Shown: positions 25,771 to 39,487 of the stretch, piece by piece
How positions within the stretch are numbered: the stretch's first letter is position 1
Layout: every line of letters starts with the position of its first letter
Origin: Oopsacas minuta
Lineage: Eukaryota > Animalia > Porifera
Reading direction: 5' to 3'
DNA length: 64,000 bases
NCBI GenBank assembly: GCA_024704765.1
Contig: JAKMXF010000337.1
Span: forward strand, 124,001-188,000
Made by a program: the position numbers and the translations under genes
The notes under the pieces: model-generated
What the model was told of the DNA's origin: nothing
Seen by the model: the letters and a program-made list of their open reading frames with translations, nothing else
Database searches by the model: none

Positions 25771-26989
25771 ACTTTATATTCGGCTCATTGCGAATCCACA
25801 AGAGAGAAATTTCGACTATGCCTACGCGTGCCCGGGTGCTGTAACACCGATAGCCTCCTCCTTAATACGGCCCTATTAGCAGAGGCTATATATACACATA
25901 TTTGGCCTCGAAATAACCTAGATTTTACGGCATATCTAATCATCCTTAAATTATTGCTATTTGCAAATAATCTTCCAACTGATGATTTTTTAGCGTATAT
26001 TTTTGGATAAAGATTATCAAATATCCGTATAATGTGATTAAGACTTGGATCGCGGTAGTGACCTAGATTCTTATATAAGTTTATCATCGTATTCTCCAGT
26101 TAGAATAGTCAAATATCTACCCTGCGTGGACAAAAGTATTCATCCAATGCTAAACTTCCATACAAATAGTACGAATCTCGTATATTCTTGCTGGGCCATT
26201 ACATTACAACTATAAAATATATTGTATATCCCATGTCTAATTACGATTGTACATATTTGAATCCTCAGCATCTTGACTTCATGTTTAGATACCAAATGAA
26301 ATGGCGAAAATTTTCAACCCATGACACATTGACCCACTTTATACTATTTACTACCATTATGGTGATAGGTTTCACGAAGTGACACAGGGTCGAAAATTTT
26401 GAAACTTATTAGTGAGTATTTCATAGAAATCTTAGAAACTTTTTATCAAAATACCTAGATTGCGAATTTATACCAAATAGCCATTGAACAGTCCCTTTGA
26501 AAAACCGTTAAAGACAAGTTCAAACGTACTTTAAATAGTAGCAAATGGAATAATCTAAAACAAAACAACGTAGAAATCAAAATATTTTAAGCTCAGTGTT
26601 ATTTCTATTTAAGTGCATAACATCATTGTTGTGAACCCATTCGGTAGGGTCATATTGACCATATTAAGCTGAATTTCCTCATTATATTCTAATTCCAGAC
26701 TCCACACAAACCTAATCAGACAAGATATGACTGTGCTATCTTCATTAATGGTCCTATAAATACACATAAAGCATTCCATTGGATAGTAGCCACACTCGAA
26801 AATCGCCCCTAAAATTCATCACAGTGTATAAAGAATAATTATTATGTCATATAACCATATAATAGCATATTTAGTATTACCTATTAGTAGAATGATAATA
26901 AAACAAATTAGGTATGAACTAATAATAAATATTACTAATGTTTCATTGACATTAATATACAAATCGTGATAATTTTTCTCATTATTTCG

Positions 26990-29900
26990 AATAAAACATA
27001 GAGTATCTATAGACTCACCGTTAAGTTTTTACGAAGGTATGCAGCTAATAAAAACACTAGTTCAGCTTCTACTGATGTTGGTGGGACAATGTACATCATT
27101 TAGCATATGTTCTCTAACAAGATACCCCTTTTTAGCTGGGTGTTCTGCTCTGATAAGTTGTATTTCAAATTCGTTGACAACGATGATTTACAATGAGATA
27201 TTTCTAGAGGGTTTCTAAGAGAGGCATCAAGGGGTTATTTAAAGTTAATTTGCAATTGATAAATCTTCAGATTGGAAAACTTCGGAACTGTTTCATTGTA
27301 GCATCTCTGAGTTCAATTTCATCAGAGAGAATTTCTTTCCCATTTTCTTTCATCCTCGATAATCCACTGGTCAACATGTATTTGGTGACTTGGAAGTTAG
27401 ACCTATTTTGGGTATATTATGTGCGTTGATTCGAAAAATGCCCTATCTTTTGATTTATTATCTCTTGTTTTTGAAATATAACCACGATTGACTTCAACTA
27501 ACGAACATTCTAATATACATACATATACGAATAAAAATAGTAAGAATTTTGCCATAAGTATAAACGTTATCATAAGGACAATATTGTTATCAGAACATCC
27601 CAGAAACAGTAGACACAATCCATCAAAGTCTAAAAAGCGTCTTTTCCGGGACACCCTTGAGTGAGATTTGCCTGGACAATCTCGCTGAAGGCTCCAGCAG
27701 TAATCTCCCATCATGTGAATATCTCACCTTCCTGGTACCTCTTCCATTACCCCGATGACTTGACGGAACCTTTTTCCTTGTTCTTCACATAGGTCACCAA
27801 GGTTTCGGGGAAGTGATCTAAATTGTGATGGAGATAATGAACCTTGATGCACATCTTATAGCCAAGATTATTGAATTTCGAGAACATGTTACCAACTAAT
27901 TCAGGGTAATTTTCTGCTTTATAATTGCCCAAAAAAATTGGTGTAATTAAAACAAATGCGACCAAGCACCAGATTCAGTGGCATTCATGGAATTAATAAA
28001 GCAAGTGTCTTCTATGAGCTTTCTGATCTTGGGGCCATCAAATTTTCCAGCTTTGAGCTTTCCGGTGCTAGGTTCAGAAAATGAACTACATAAATAATGG
28101 AAGCAGGAACCATCTTCATTCAAAGCCTTGACGAATTGTTTCATGAGGCCCAGTTATATATGCAGTGGTGGAAGAATGATCTTGTCCCTGTTTTTAATCA
28201 GAGGTTTGTTAATGATGTTCATTTCTCCCACTATCATATTCTTTCTCAAGGGCTACTCTTTCCTCGTCCAGTGATCATTTCTTGCTCAGCTATCCCAAAG
28301 ATAAAGGAAGCACAGGTATTTGTGTAGTCATTCTGCTGAACAAGGAGGAAATTAACCATCTTTAAGTCAACACAAATCGCCTATTAATGGACATGATATT
28401 TCAGTTTTTCTAAAACCAGTTTGATTGACTCATACTCCTCCTTCATACTGGTTGAGTGACCAATTGGAATAGAAGCATATTCGTTTCCATTATGAAGCAA
28501 AACACATTTCAAACTCCTAGTAGAACTGTTGATAAAAAGGCGCTATTCATTCGGCCTGTATTCAGGTCCCCATTTCTCCTAAAAGACCTCCAACATCATT
28601 GCACCAACTAAACTATTGTTGTTGGAAAGGTATGGGAGCAAAGACTTTTCTCTGTTACGATAATATGTAATCTTGGTTCCAGGATGAAGTAAATTTTTGT
28701 CATTCAGCCTAGATGCTAGCACCTCAGAAAATTCTTTCGATAGGTTGGGATCCCTAATCAGATCATTCAGCTCGAGTTGATCAAAACGTTGAGGGGGGGG
28801 CCATTGATGAAGCATCTTCAAAATCGCTATCACTCGAATAAAATTCTGCTTCATGAGGAATATCTGAATCATTTAGATGAGGGTCCGAAGCCGGAATGGG
28901 CACCTCTTCTCAGTGTTGAACAGGTCATCTCGCTTACTCCAAGTCAGGGTATGCCCAATTGCTCATATTCTAACAATTGATGCCCTTGATGTTGACAATA
29001 CAGAAGTAACAATAATCATAATGGTTTTTTGGCTCCCTCCAAACTATAGGTAAATCAAACTTTAGAGTTCGTCTCGTACAAGCTACCCATTGCTGCAGAT
29101 ACTCCGTACAAGTTATACATACTATGTACGAGGCCCATAGTTTATCTTGGTCTCCAAGTCTGACTCCAAAATAAGCAAGATATGCCTTCTTGACAAATTC
29201 AGAAATAGGATTCCGCTGTTCTCTCATAGTATAGCTACCACAAATATAGCAGAATACATCTGGGTTATTCAAACAACTTCTTCGTGACGAAGCTATGAAA
29301 TACAATAATAACTACTTAGTATTTGAAACGGAAATCAATAATAAATTTCAAGAATTGAGTCAGGCACAAAATTGTTATGATTTACTAAAGAACATGAAAT
29401 AGTTCTGACAAAATCCAAAATTGAGTCCCACAATAAAGGCGAATCAGAATTCAAGGAAATATAATCTATATAAAAACTAGAGCTGATGAAGCAAAAACCG
29501 GTGGTAGTTTTGAAATCAGCAAGCCAAGTATACTCTAAAATAGGTCAAAATTCTGAGGCACCAAAAATATTTTGATTTATATTGGGCTGTGTAATATTTC
29601 ACAACAAAATTCATTGACTAATGACTTTTCTCTAGTTGGGCTCGAGGTTGATGTAAATATTGAAGTTTCAGAGATGTATCCATATAGCGTTCTTGAATAA
29701 TACGCTGATCAATTGCTTCTCAGATACAAGGTTTAAAATATGAAGGTAATTCCTTGAGTTCACACTAACAAAAATTTTATCGTTGCTTCTGTTGTTATGA
29801 AATTAGCATCTAAGTCTACATAGGGCCTTTATAGCTATCTTCATTGGAGTTAGAGCTTCTGTAATAGATTCTATTTGGAAGAATTCTAGATGTCTAAGGT

Positions 29901-31381
29901 GTATATGGACCCAAAGGTCTAACAAAGCCTTTTGAAATGGTAACTCAATCTTAATCACTCTCTCAACCATTTCAGCGAACTCCACCGGATTTTGTAATCG
30001 AGGATTAAATTTAAACCATTAGGATAATTCTCTATACCATATTATTGGAATTTTTCCGTTTTTGAGAGATGGAGCTTCATAAGTTCGATTTGACGAACTC
30101 TGCGTGCTAAATCATTTTCTAGATATGTTGTATTTAGGACAGTTAATCCACTATCATCTTCGCCATCAGAGCCGATTTAATCTTCATCGGTCCCACTTTT
30201 ATCTTGCAACTCACTGGTGCTTGTAGACTGACAACGATTAAATATGTCATGTATAACAAGTTTAAGTCCGTGAGCGTAACACAACTGTTGGAATGGGATG
30301 ATTAACGACCTAGTTTTTCATCATAAAACAACCATCGGTTGTGATTGCAACTATATTAGTTTTGAAATTTATACCTTATTCCCTCAGCATCTCAGAGATT
30401 AAACTTGATCATACTTCGGTTGAAAACTTCCCCGAAATCTAAATGACACAAGATTCCAGAAAGAACTTTTGCCAAGGATTTTAGAAAAATGTATCATCTA
30501 CATTGCAATGAGGCCCCACCCGTCCAAGTTTAGACAAAGTTTTCCAATTGATTTGTGATATGCTAAACTTCTGAAACCTTTTCAAGTAATGTCTCCTGTA
30601 GCTTTCATATTACAGTTGCAGATTTCCGGAGAGAGTGGCCAAGAGCAGTGAGAGATTTTCGTAAATCTTGTGATGTAATATAAATTGTTGAAGAAATGCC
30701 ATCACAGGTAGTCATTCTAGCAAGTACTACGAGAAGACTTGAATCAGTCATAAAAATTCCAATTTTTGAGAGCACTAACTATATTTGTAGTGTTCAGAGA
30801 TCCCCCTCTCCAATTTTACCTTTTATTAGATCATTATCGTGAGGTGGCTTTAGGTGACAGTGTAAACCTTTTGTGGATCCTTCATCACATTTTTTAACCT
30901 TGGTATATAATTGACATTGTGCGAATTTAACACATTTAGGCCTTTATAATGTTTCAAATTTCAGCAAGAAAATATTTCTCCCTCCCATATTGATAAATGA
31001 TTGTAAACTATGATTCCGATAAATTTTCAATGGATTTAAATAGCCGTATAGTTATATCATGAGTATGTTGCAAGGTTCTCCCGTTTGTGAATTTGTTATA
31101 GTTGTATTGGCAAACTAAAGCTCTATGATTGAAGAAAACATCATTGATAATTAGCAGAAACAAAGGTGTAATTGTCTAATCAATCAATTCAAAAAATAAT
31201 TATTGATAACCATATAATTAACATATACCTTAAAATAGTTCAAAAATAGGGTCATACATCATGCAATAAGATACCGTTTGAGTTATCTCATTGCTTTGTT
31301 AATATCAGGATGAAATAAATCCTGGGATTCAAAAATCTAATACCTGGAAAATGAATCGGGATCCCGAGATTGGGACGCCTA
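26990..31381 (-). mobile_element. Degenerate hAT (hATm-like, TAG terminus, BED finger) interrupted by a Chapaev3-like element
   Basis: 5' terminus TAGGCGTCCCAATCTCGGGATCCCG at 31381; GSTKGLHCHLK (BED), IVAITTDG, AEMVER.IKIELP.QKALLDL; C-terminal VPPTSVEAE lies left of 27365. Left boundary approximate. Confidence 0.7.
27365..29591 (-). mobile_element. Chapaev3-like transposon #2, transposase frameshifted (27640-29305)
   Basis: Termini CACTGGTCAAC / CACAGCCCAAT, right flank TAA(T); SCLNNPDVFCYICG, GDQDKLWA, PIVWREPKNHYDYCYFC, MKQFVKAL, MMGDYCWSLQR. Confidence 0.8.
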
Positions 31382-31904
31382 GTTATGTCATTATAGTCGA
31401 TTATAGCAGAGTCAAGCAATAAAATATGATGTTGAAATTTCTTCACAATGAAAGCTTTTGGATAGACTAAAATAAGTGAACCTATCTCCATCCTAGACTG
31501 CTCAATCCATATATAACGAAGTAATGACTTAAGCAAACACGAGGCATTAATTGCCGAAGAAAAGCTGAGCGTTCTAGCAAGTGAGCGACGCTTGTATATG
31601 CACGGAATTAGTAAGGGTAGTATCATTGTTCTAGTAATATTTAAAATATCAATAAATAATGGTTGTGATGGAGATTTATGAGCAAGGGAGCAGAAATTCT
31701 CACAACATAAAGATCAAGGAAGGCCTTAAGTGTCAATGGGGAGGTGATTTATAAAAGTAGTATTAGATGTATTTGGCTGTAACGAAGCTAGGGGCACAAG
31801 CGAATTGGGCTTGGTGCCAAGGAATAGGATTGTTAATGGTTATATACATTGTAAAAAAGCTCAGGATTCAACAAAAATGAAAATACAAATATGTAGAGCT
31901 CTAC

Positions 31905-32156
31905 CTGTTCCTTCTCGGGGAAAACACCTGTTTCAAATGACATAAATTGTAAAGAGTCTTTGAATCCATGTCTCAAAAGATAATGCTGGATAGCTTCAGA
32001 GAGAGAAATAAACTTAGCATTGGTTTGCAGAAATCCCAGTGATAAGAGGTCAGATACATCCTGCACGAAATGTTTCTCTACAACCTTTCCAATCTTACTC
32101 ACGCTAGGATGGATATTCCTGTGTTCAGAAGAAATAACTGTCGTGGATTCTTTAAC
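31905..32156 (-). CDS. RMND5: RMND5/GID2 (CTLH-complex E3 ligase subunit) coding exon 2, LisH region
   Basis: AG acceptor at 32157-32158 and GT donor at 31903-31904, phase 0-0. VKESTTVISSEHRNIHPSVSKIGKVVEKHF matches recalled human RMND5A [30 protein letters not shown], followed by LisH-like EAIQHYLLRHGFKDSLQFMSFETG. Confidence 0.8.
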
Positions 32157-32830
32157 CTATATAGTGATAATGATAACCCACACTCGTTATATATTTGTCC
32201 AAAAACAATCAATAATAATTTGGAACAAGGAAGCTTTTCATTCTGGCGTTGTACGGAACGCAAACTCTTCGTATCCGCGGTAGTACCCTTCAGTGTGCTT
32301 TTGGATTCTCAATTAATTACTATTGGATATGTATATGTACATACATCTCAAATAGACTTGTGTGATTTCCTCAAATTATTCCTGACAGTGCAGTACTTGT
32401 AAAGTAAGTATGATAGTAATATCAAATTAAAACCAGTAGTTGTTGGTACCATATATTAATAAGCACAAAACGAAAATGCACAATTTGCTTAAACTTTTGA
32501 ATAATAGTAAAAAAGGTTGTGAAATTTGGATATCAATACATCAGTAATGTCATTTTCAGTACTAAGACAAAATTCTTTGAGCTTATCTTGTAAAAATGTT
32601 TCAGGAGATATAGGGCAGAAAATTCCTAATACAAATTCTAGGAATGTATATTAGAAATGTGCTGAAACTAGAATTAACCAATTGTTGGAAACAATGTTAG
32701 AAGAAATTCCTTCAAATAGCTGAGCTATAGTATATATATATAGAGATCTTTGTAAAACAAAAACCCATACCCTCATTCAAACAAGGTGCCTTTGATTAAT
32801 CTGAAAACATGACTTCATCTATGATATAAA

Positions 32831-32832
<2 letters not shown>

Positions 32833-32911
<79 letters not shown>
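32833..32911. repeat. (CA)39 microsatellite in RMND5 intron 1
   Basis: Direct reading. Confidence 0.98.
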
Positions 32912-32913
<2 letters not shown>

Positions 32914-33369
32914 TAATGTAGTATAGTTGAGCTACATATAAGTTCTCTATTCTTCTTCTTAAAGTTTTCCAAATTTCCTTCACAAAAATAGTAATTCTAA
33001 GTTGGTATCAACAAAATTTATTAAGTCAAATTGTTAGAAATCACATTAGAATTCCCAGAAATTCTAACAAAATTTGTTTGTTTCTACATTTAATCAGACA
33101 TGATAACCGAACTAAGCAAAATGCTTGTTTGCAGTTAAGTACTGAGTTTAACTTAGGACATATTTGTTAATAAGATACAGTATTCTTTCACTCTGGAGTC
33201 TGGAGGGTATCTGAATGTAGTAACTAATATTCAAGACAAAAATATTACATGCTGATTACACTAATCCAAAATATGACTAATGCATAAAATGAATTGGTCA
33301 AAACGAGGTAGCAAAATTTTAGTGTTCCTTTTCACTACTAACGTAAAACTTCAGCCGTGATCGGTTATA

Positions 33370-33602
33370 GAGTAGACCCTTGCTAATCCGAACAGGGGTG
33401 TTCCGATTCATGGAATATCAGTTCTGATTAGCGAATTTGTTTGGATTAGTGAAGTAATACATTTATATGGGGAATTATAAACATCATGCAACTGAAAATT
33501 ATAGGAATATACTATATAAGTAATATGTATTGCCAATCAGATTATGGCACTGTAAGATATAATAAAAACCTCACTAATCCGAACGAAACATTATTACTAT
33601 AG

Positions 33603-33694
<92 letters not shown>

Positions 33695-33830
33695 TTATGT
33701 ACTATGTACATATTAAAATTTCAAATTCAGATTGAAAATTATTATTTTTAGATCAAAAATTCTTGATTTTCTACTGTTCGGATTAGCGAGGGTTCGGATT
33801 AGCGAGGTTCAGATTAGCGAAGATCCACTG
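33370..33830. mobile_element. pogo/Tigger-like MITE in RMND5 intron 1
   Basis: TA|GAGTAGACCCTTGCTAATCCGAAC ... GTTCAGATTAGCGAAGATCCACTG|TA; repeated CGGATTAGCGAG subterminal motif. Confidence 0.7.
33603..33692. repeat. (TAC)30 microsatellite inside the MITE
   Basis: Direct reading. Confidence 0.98.
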
Positions 33831-34307
33831 TAGTGGAATAATTTGGATATTGTGGTGTCGACGGAATGATTATGGGCTCTTCAGACAGCATTTTGAGGTA
33901 GTTGCACAGCAAAGAGTTATTAAGTAACCCAGCTACAATAACAGCATGCTGTTAACGACAACTTACTGTTAACGGCATTGTTACCGCAATGGTAATACTA
34001 TCCTTGGCCAGATTGTGTAAAATAAATTGGCACTGTTCATAGTCAATAAATCTATACATTTCGTCATATTTATAATACGCAATAATTTTTCAGAATGTAG
34101 AAATGAGTCATTTGATTTTTGATTGATATTCGTGTGAATCAAAATCGTTAGATGATGATTTTACAATCATACAAAATTTAATGCATTGACTTTGAATGAT
34201 ATTCACTTGAATTTGTCACAAATATTGTGATTTAAAATGAAAATGAAAGATTTATGTCAAGACATGGCCAGGGAAATATCATTATACAATATAATACAAA
34301 AACAAAC

Positions 34308-34496
34308 CAGTAATTGGAGCGATGAAAATGAATCGATATGATCAGAAATACCATTTCCATAAACAAATAAATTCGATTGGATTTGAGTTAGGGAGGAAGT
34401 CATGAGGTTGAAATTTCTCTTCAACAAGTTGAGAAAGGCAGTATAGTTTTTCTGAATTTTGTCCATTTCACGAATATGATTCTGATAAGAATCCAT
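34308..34496 (-). CDS. RMND5: RMND5/GID2 coding exon 1
   Basis: MDSYQNHIREMDKIQKNY resembles recalled MDQCVTVERELEKVLHKF; 63 codons then a GTTTGT donor, in phase with exon 2 and of the expected length. Confidence 0.7.
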
Positions 34497-34826
34497 TGAA
34501 GTAATAGGAAACTAAAATAAGTCAAAAAATGATGTGCACAGTAGAAGAATCGGTACAATTATAGGATATTATACACCAAACTTTTGCAAGATGGTCAGAA
34601 TCGCTATATGAGCAGTTATAGAGCATGTTAAGAGATGAAGATTGAGCTAGAGATTTCTAAAATCGGTCAAGAAACAACAAAGTTACAGCAATTATATGAT
34701 ATGTTGGAGACGATGATAACAAAGCAAAATTTTAACATGAGATTTCGAAAAAATGGGCAAACATAAGTGTTTGTACACATTCATAAAAAATTGGTATATT
34801 TTGCTAAGTAAACATGACCATGGAAT

Positions 34827-35605
34827 CAGTGTTGTTTTGCCAAAAAAAGAAGTGGGGGGCGCTCCCTTTTCAAATTTAGCAGTTTCTTAGAAAACATAGG
34901 TGAAAACGGCCCCCAATAATGAAGTGGGTGCGCCATACCTCCCACCCGCGCGCTCCCTCCAAAATACCACTGATTATTATTATATATTGTGGTGTGTTTA
35001 TATTTGTATCAGATAAAAAACAACTGCGTGAAACATGTATAATATGTAAGGTTTCAATAATTCACGATACATTGTAAATGCCTAAATGCTATGTATATTA
35101 TTCAAATATACTTCCAAACTGGGTTTTCTTCAACTATCTGACTATTGCTACTCCTTATTAGAGTATCTGATGCACTCCGATGATTTCTTAGCCAACATCT
35201 AGCATAATCACTAGGATCCCATATAGAAAGTGGAGGGCCATTAAGTTTAATGAATAGAAGAGCAGATATGTGTGGTACAAGCAGCCGAGAACGCGGATCC
35301 TCCAATATGATATTCATATGACAGAACCCACGTTCACATTCTGCAGTACTACATGGGGCCAGTTGGATACAATTAAACAATGGTTTTATTGTGGGTGGCA
35401 AGAATGTACCGGAATTTTCATAATAGTCATTTATGCGAGTGAAACGTAGTGCTAAAGTGCTAATAAAGACAATAATATCATATTAAGTCAGTAAATATAG
35501 ATAAATTAAGTCCATTAACTGATAAACTCGGGGGTCGGGTGCTAGAATGAGGCCCAAGTTCTTCCAGATTATGTGCCAAGAGCGCCCCCCCCCAAAACAT
35601 CACTG
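34827..35605 (-). mobile_element. Internally deleted hAT derivative retaining the dimerization-domain coding fragment (35102-35401)
   Basis: CATGGAAT|CAGTGTTGTTTTG ... CAAAACATCACTG|CATAGAAT (8-bp TSD, 7/8 match); APCSTAECERGFCHMNII..D.RSRL; extra TIR-like end at 34959-34972. Confidence 0.8.
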
Positions 35606-36792
35606 CATAGAATACTAAAATGCTACTAACTCCGTTTGATAAAGGATAGAATATTATATACAATTGTTGAAGTGTGGTAGGTGTTAAATGGGATACATTT
35701 CCCCTAATAATAATGATGTTGTGAGGGGAGTTATGACTTTCATTTTCAAATTCTGAGATTTGAAAATTAGACAATATTGAAAAGTTTATATACAATATTC
35801 CAATAAACTGCTAGCGTAGCGAGCAAAAAATTAAAAATCGGTGGCGACAGTTTAGTCAAGGTATTCAATTCGTTGAAAGTAGCACTAGTAATTGGAGGCA
35901 CTATAAAATGTTGAATTTTACCAAATACACATAGACCTCCAATTACTAGACCACTATAGACAAATTAAATAACAGACTAAGCTGTCTCTATAGATTGTAA
36001 TTTTAGATTTGTAGCTTTACATAACCTTGGGGCGACGTGTCGGCCGTTTTTGTGTTCCTTTGCTTATATTTTTCGTTTCAGACTATATCAGTAACTGACT
36101 CCTGTCATTCGAAACGTCAAAGTTGACTTACCTAGCTGTGTGAAAGGGTACCCGATCGAAACAAAAACTATAATTTCGTTGAGGCGTACAGGAAATAAAA
36201 ATACCTTGGAATATATCGGTTTTAACGAATACATAATAATGACCATATTGAGTCATGTTAATCATATATTGGTACCATAAATGCCAAGTGGAGTTGAAAG
36301 ATGGGTCACTCGATGCTAGGGTACATTTTAAGAAATGAATGTTGTAAAATTCCTGAGCGTTGATATGGAAACACTTTCACTAATATAATCATGTGACGAC
36401 TCAAACGAACGGAATAATACCGTGGATTATGGCTCAGAACATACTAAAGATTAAGTCACAATAGAGTGGTTCATATTATAGGAAAAGTAATTTTTTGTAA
36501 TATATGAACCAAATATTACTATTCATTGATGTGGTAAAACAACTGGCACATCGTACAAATATGCATATATACTCTAGTTGCATAGGCTAAAGATAATTTC
36601 AACATTTGCGAAATTAATTCCATAAACAATGAGAGAAGGCGATTGTTCAGAATTTCTGCAATATCAACAGGAAATATATTCTTGTGTGCCACTTGTGTCA
36701 CAAGTATGGTGTTCCAATACATTAGGTCAGAGAGTGCATGCACAAATATGTAAACTACAAAATAAGGTAGATTAAATCCATCGACATCCAAC

Positions 36793-38232
36793 CTAGAAAT
36801 TCTTAGGGTGATTTTTAGCATTATTTGAAAGTATCTCAATTATAGTGGAAACAATCCCATTGTCTGCTTCAAATTCATACATTTTCTTCTCATTTCCTTT
36901 CATTGCCAGAATATAGAAAGATTTCCTACCAGAAGTAGAGGCTTGTCGTACCAATGTATCACAACGAAGAATAGAATTCCTAGCAATGACCTCGGTCTTG
37001 GGCAACGTAGGATGAATTCGAAATTTTGATTTATGCAATTGTTTAGAGTCTAATATTAGTGGTTTGAAAGTAATCTGAATTTCACTGATTAAGATTTGTG
37101 TGATTGGTTCGCCTTTCTTATTTAACCAAACAGCTTCATAATGTTCAAAAGCGTGAGGAATTGTCGAATCAAAGTAGACATGTGTGTCAGTAGTATTAGA
37201 TAATACTTCTAATTCATTTGATCGATCCTGTTTTAGGAGCCAAAAATTATTGTGTTTGAAATCAGATAATAGACTAAAATGTGATATGGGATTGAAACAA
37301 TCATTATACTCTGATAAAATGTAACTATCACAAGGGACTAACCCCTTTTTTCTAATTGCAAGGGATAGGACTTCTATCATTTGAATATCAATTGCAGGAC
37401 GGGGCATAGTTATTGTTTTTTCTTCAATAGGATAATCTCCGAGTTTATAAAATATAACAACACACTGTTTATCACACTCAGGGTTGGATTTCTCAGGTGG
37501 ACACTCAACACGCACTAGTCCTAAGTGACTAAAACGAAATTTTTTCAGGTAATCAGTAGGTGAAAGTGATGGAAAATCACGATCAATATCACCATTTTCA
37601 TCTGCAATGTATAATTTGAAATCACCTACTGAGCCGTCTATAGGTAAACCTAAATCCCCTTTGTGGTATAAGTATAACGATAAACCTATTAGATCAAAGA
37701 TTCGTGTATTTATATTGGCAGTAACATCAACAAAGGTTTTGCAAGCATCAAATATAATAGTGACAGATAAACTTCGCCTATCATTCGAGTTAATAGCATT
37801 GAATTTAGAGTATTCGAAAAAAGGTAATTCTTCAATAGAAAGTTGAGATATTTGTTTGCTCAACAAAGATAGAGATGGATTATGATGAAATACTACCTTT
37901 TTAGGAAACTGTAGAGATAAATCATTTAAAGGAATCATGTCATTAACTAATTTTACAATTTTTTCACTATTTTTAGGTCGCCATTTAGCAGCATTCTCGA
38001 TGTCCTTGATTGTCTGATCCATTTCCTTTTTCGTAATACTATGAGTATGTTTTATCCACATAATTCCTAAACCAGTTAAACTCCGTTGATTTATATGATA
38101 GCCTTGATCTGTTTCTTCAATGGAGTCCTCATCGTCAATGAATATACGATCAGCATACCCGGTATCATCGCTTATAACGAATGAATGACAGATATGCTGA
38201 ACAAGCCTGGCTTCGTTATCCCAAAATGCCAT
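36793..38232 (-). CDS. MAPKAP1: TORC2 subunit SIN1 (MAPK-associated protein 1), 479 aa, single coding exon
   Basis: N-terminus MAFWDNEARLVQHICHSFVISDDTG (cf. [25 protein letters not shown]); CRIM-region DLIGL and LYIADENGDIDRDFPSL...KKFRFSHLGLV; RBD- and PH-like C-terminal half; uninterrupted ORF. Confidence 0.93.
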   Translation of the reverse strand: MAFWDNEARLVQHICHSFVISDDTGYADRIFIDDEDSIEETDQGYHINQRSLTGLGIMWIKHTHSITKKEMDQTIKDIENAAKWRPKNSEKIVKLVNDMIPLNDLSLQFPKKVVFHHNPSLSLLSKQISQLSIEELPFFEYSKFNAINSNDRRSLSVTIIFDACKTFVDVTANINTRIFDLIGLSLYLYHKGDLGLPIDGSVGDFKLYIADENGDIDRDFPSLSPTDYLKKFRFSHLGLVRVECPPEKSNPECDKQCVVIFYKLGDYPIEEKTITMPRPAIDIQMIEVLSLAIRKKGLVPCDSYILSEYNDCFNPISHFSLLSDFKHNNFWLLKQDRSNELEVLSNTTDTHVYFDSTIPHAFEHYEAVWLNKKGEPITQILISEIQITFKPLILDSKQLHKSKFRIHPTLPKTEVIARNSILRCDTLVRQASTSGRKSFYILAMKGNEKKMYEFEADNGIVSTIIEILSNNAKNHPKNF

Positions 38233-38559
38233 CTGTACTCGACAACTACATGCGAATAAATATAAAGTTAGGGAAAAGTATTAGTGAGGAACAAATTTAA
38301 AAAGGAAGATGCCACAGTGGTATTGAGCCCTCTTCAGGATTGCTCCACAATTTGTTACATATTTCAAATACTTTTGAGAAAGATCTCCAAATGTTTGACC
38401 AAACATAATTAATCAAGTATTCTCACGGAATACTAGAGCCTCAATAATTTCTGAATTACCAATTTGCAAATAAGAAAATATATTATAAACGTAATATCAT
38501 TCAAAATTCGATTACTAGATCTGTTGCTAATTAAGAATAAAATCCTTATATCACTTGAA

Positions 38560-39070
38560 ATTAACCCCAAAATCAAAGACGCACTCGTGATCGTTTGTCA
38601 GAGTTGTAAAAATATGGGCTTTTTACCATAAATATTTCCCTTTAAATGAGCAAATTGTGGCTCTATTTATCTAATCATGAAATTATCAGAGATTTAGTCA
38701 GGATAATGTTAACAAAGACAGTCATAAGATTCCTTTAGGTAAATTATCATATGGATTTTCAAATATTCGTCGTATAGTCGGATATGTAATTGTACATTTA
38801 GTAGTGTTGAAATAATTTGCTCGGTCAGGATATATAGATATATATATATATAAATACATATACTGATTAATTGTGTTTTAACAAAACAGATGACGTCATA
38901 TTTGGACTGGGAATAGTTGGATTACATGACTTGTGGTAATTATTATATTCAAAAATAAATTTATATAATAAATATATTATTTAGAGCAAAACACCAATTC
39001 GACATTTTCGAGAATATTTCAATTGCCTACCAAATTTATAAGCCTCGACGTAATCCATGGTTCAGGAAAA
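38560..39070. repeat. Old dispersed repeat, related to segments at 45420-45640, 46430-46530 (inverted) and 47220-47270
   Basis: Shared blocks such as tcaggataatgtt, aattgtacatttagt.gtgttgaaata, aattgccta, gtaatccatggtt. Confidence 0.55.
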
Positions 39071-39487
39071 TATGGTCAGTGAAAACGCAATAGTTACTTA
39101 GGCAGTGGAAGATATAGAAATACATACTACTCTATGTAATAGAGTATCCTATGACTTTGAATTCCTAGAATTCTCAGAAACTATTACTGCTAATTTAAAC
39201 TAATATAAATTTAGCCATGGGCCGGAGAAAATGCCTCGCCTGATCCCAACCTCGAAGGCACTGTTTTACATGACTACTTGCCGTTTCGGTAAACTATTTG
39301 GTAATTTTGGTAATTTTCCCATTTTGTGAGTAGAGTTTTATAAAATTGTTAGATGATGTAGTATAATAAAAGTGAGATTCGGACTCAGCATAGTTGATAG
39401 TACAAATTTATAGGCTCCAAGAAGGAAAAACATTGTCAGAATTTCTGGAACAATGTAACAGTGATGGTGCACAACCAAACCAATATA

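Noticed and set aside
31288-31626. 112-aa minus-strand ORF as RMND5 exon 3
   Set aside because: Only faint similarity (ILPLLIPCIYKRR vs IQVLMGSLVYLRQ), no in-phase acceptor giving the expected next residues, and its 3' end runs into a hAT terminus
38891-38899. TGACGTCA CRE-like site upstream of SIN1
   Set aside because: The same octamer occurs inside TE-derived sequence (~7562, ~40658, ~46579); there is no independent evidence of function
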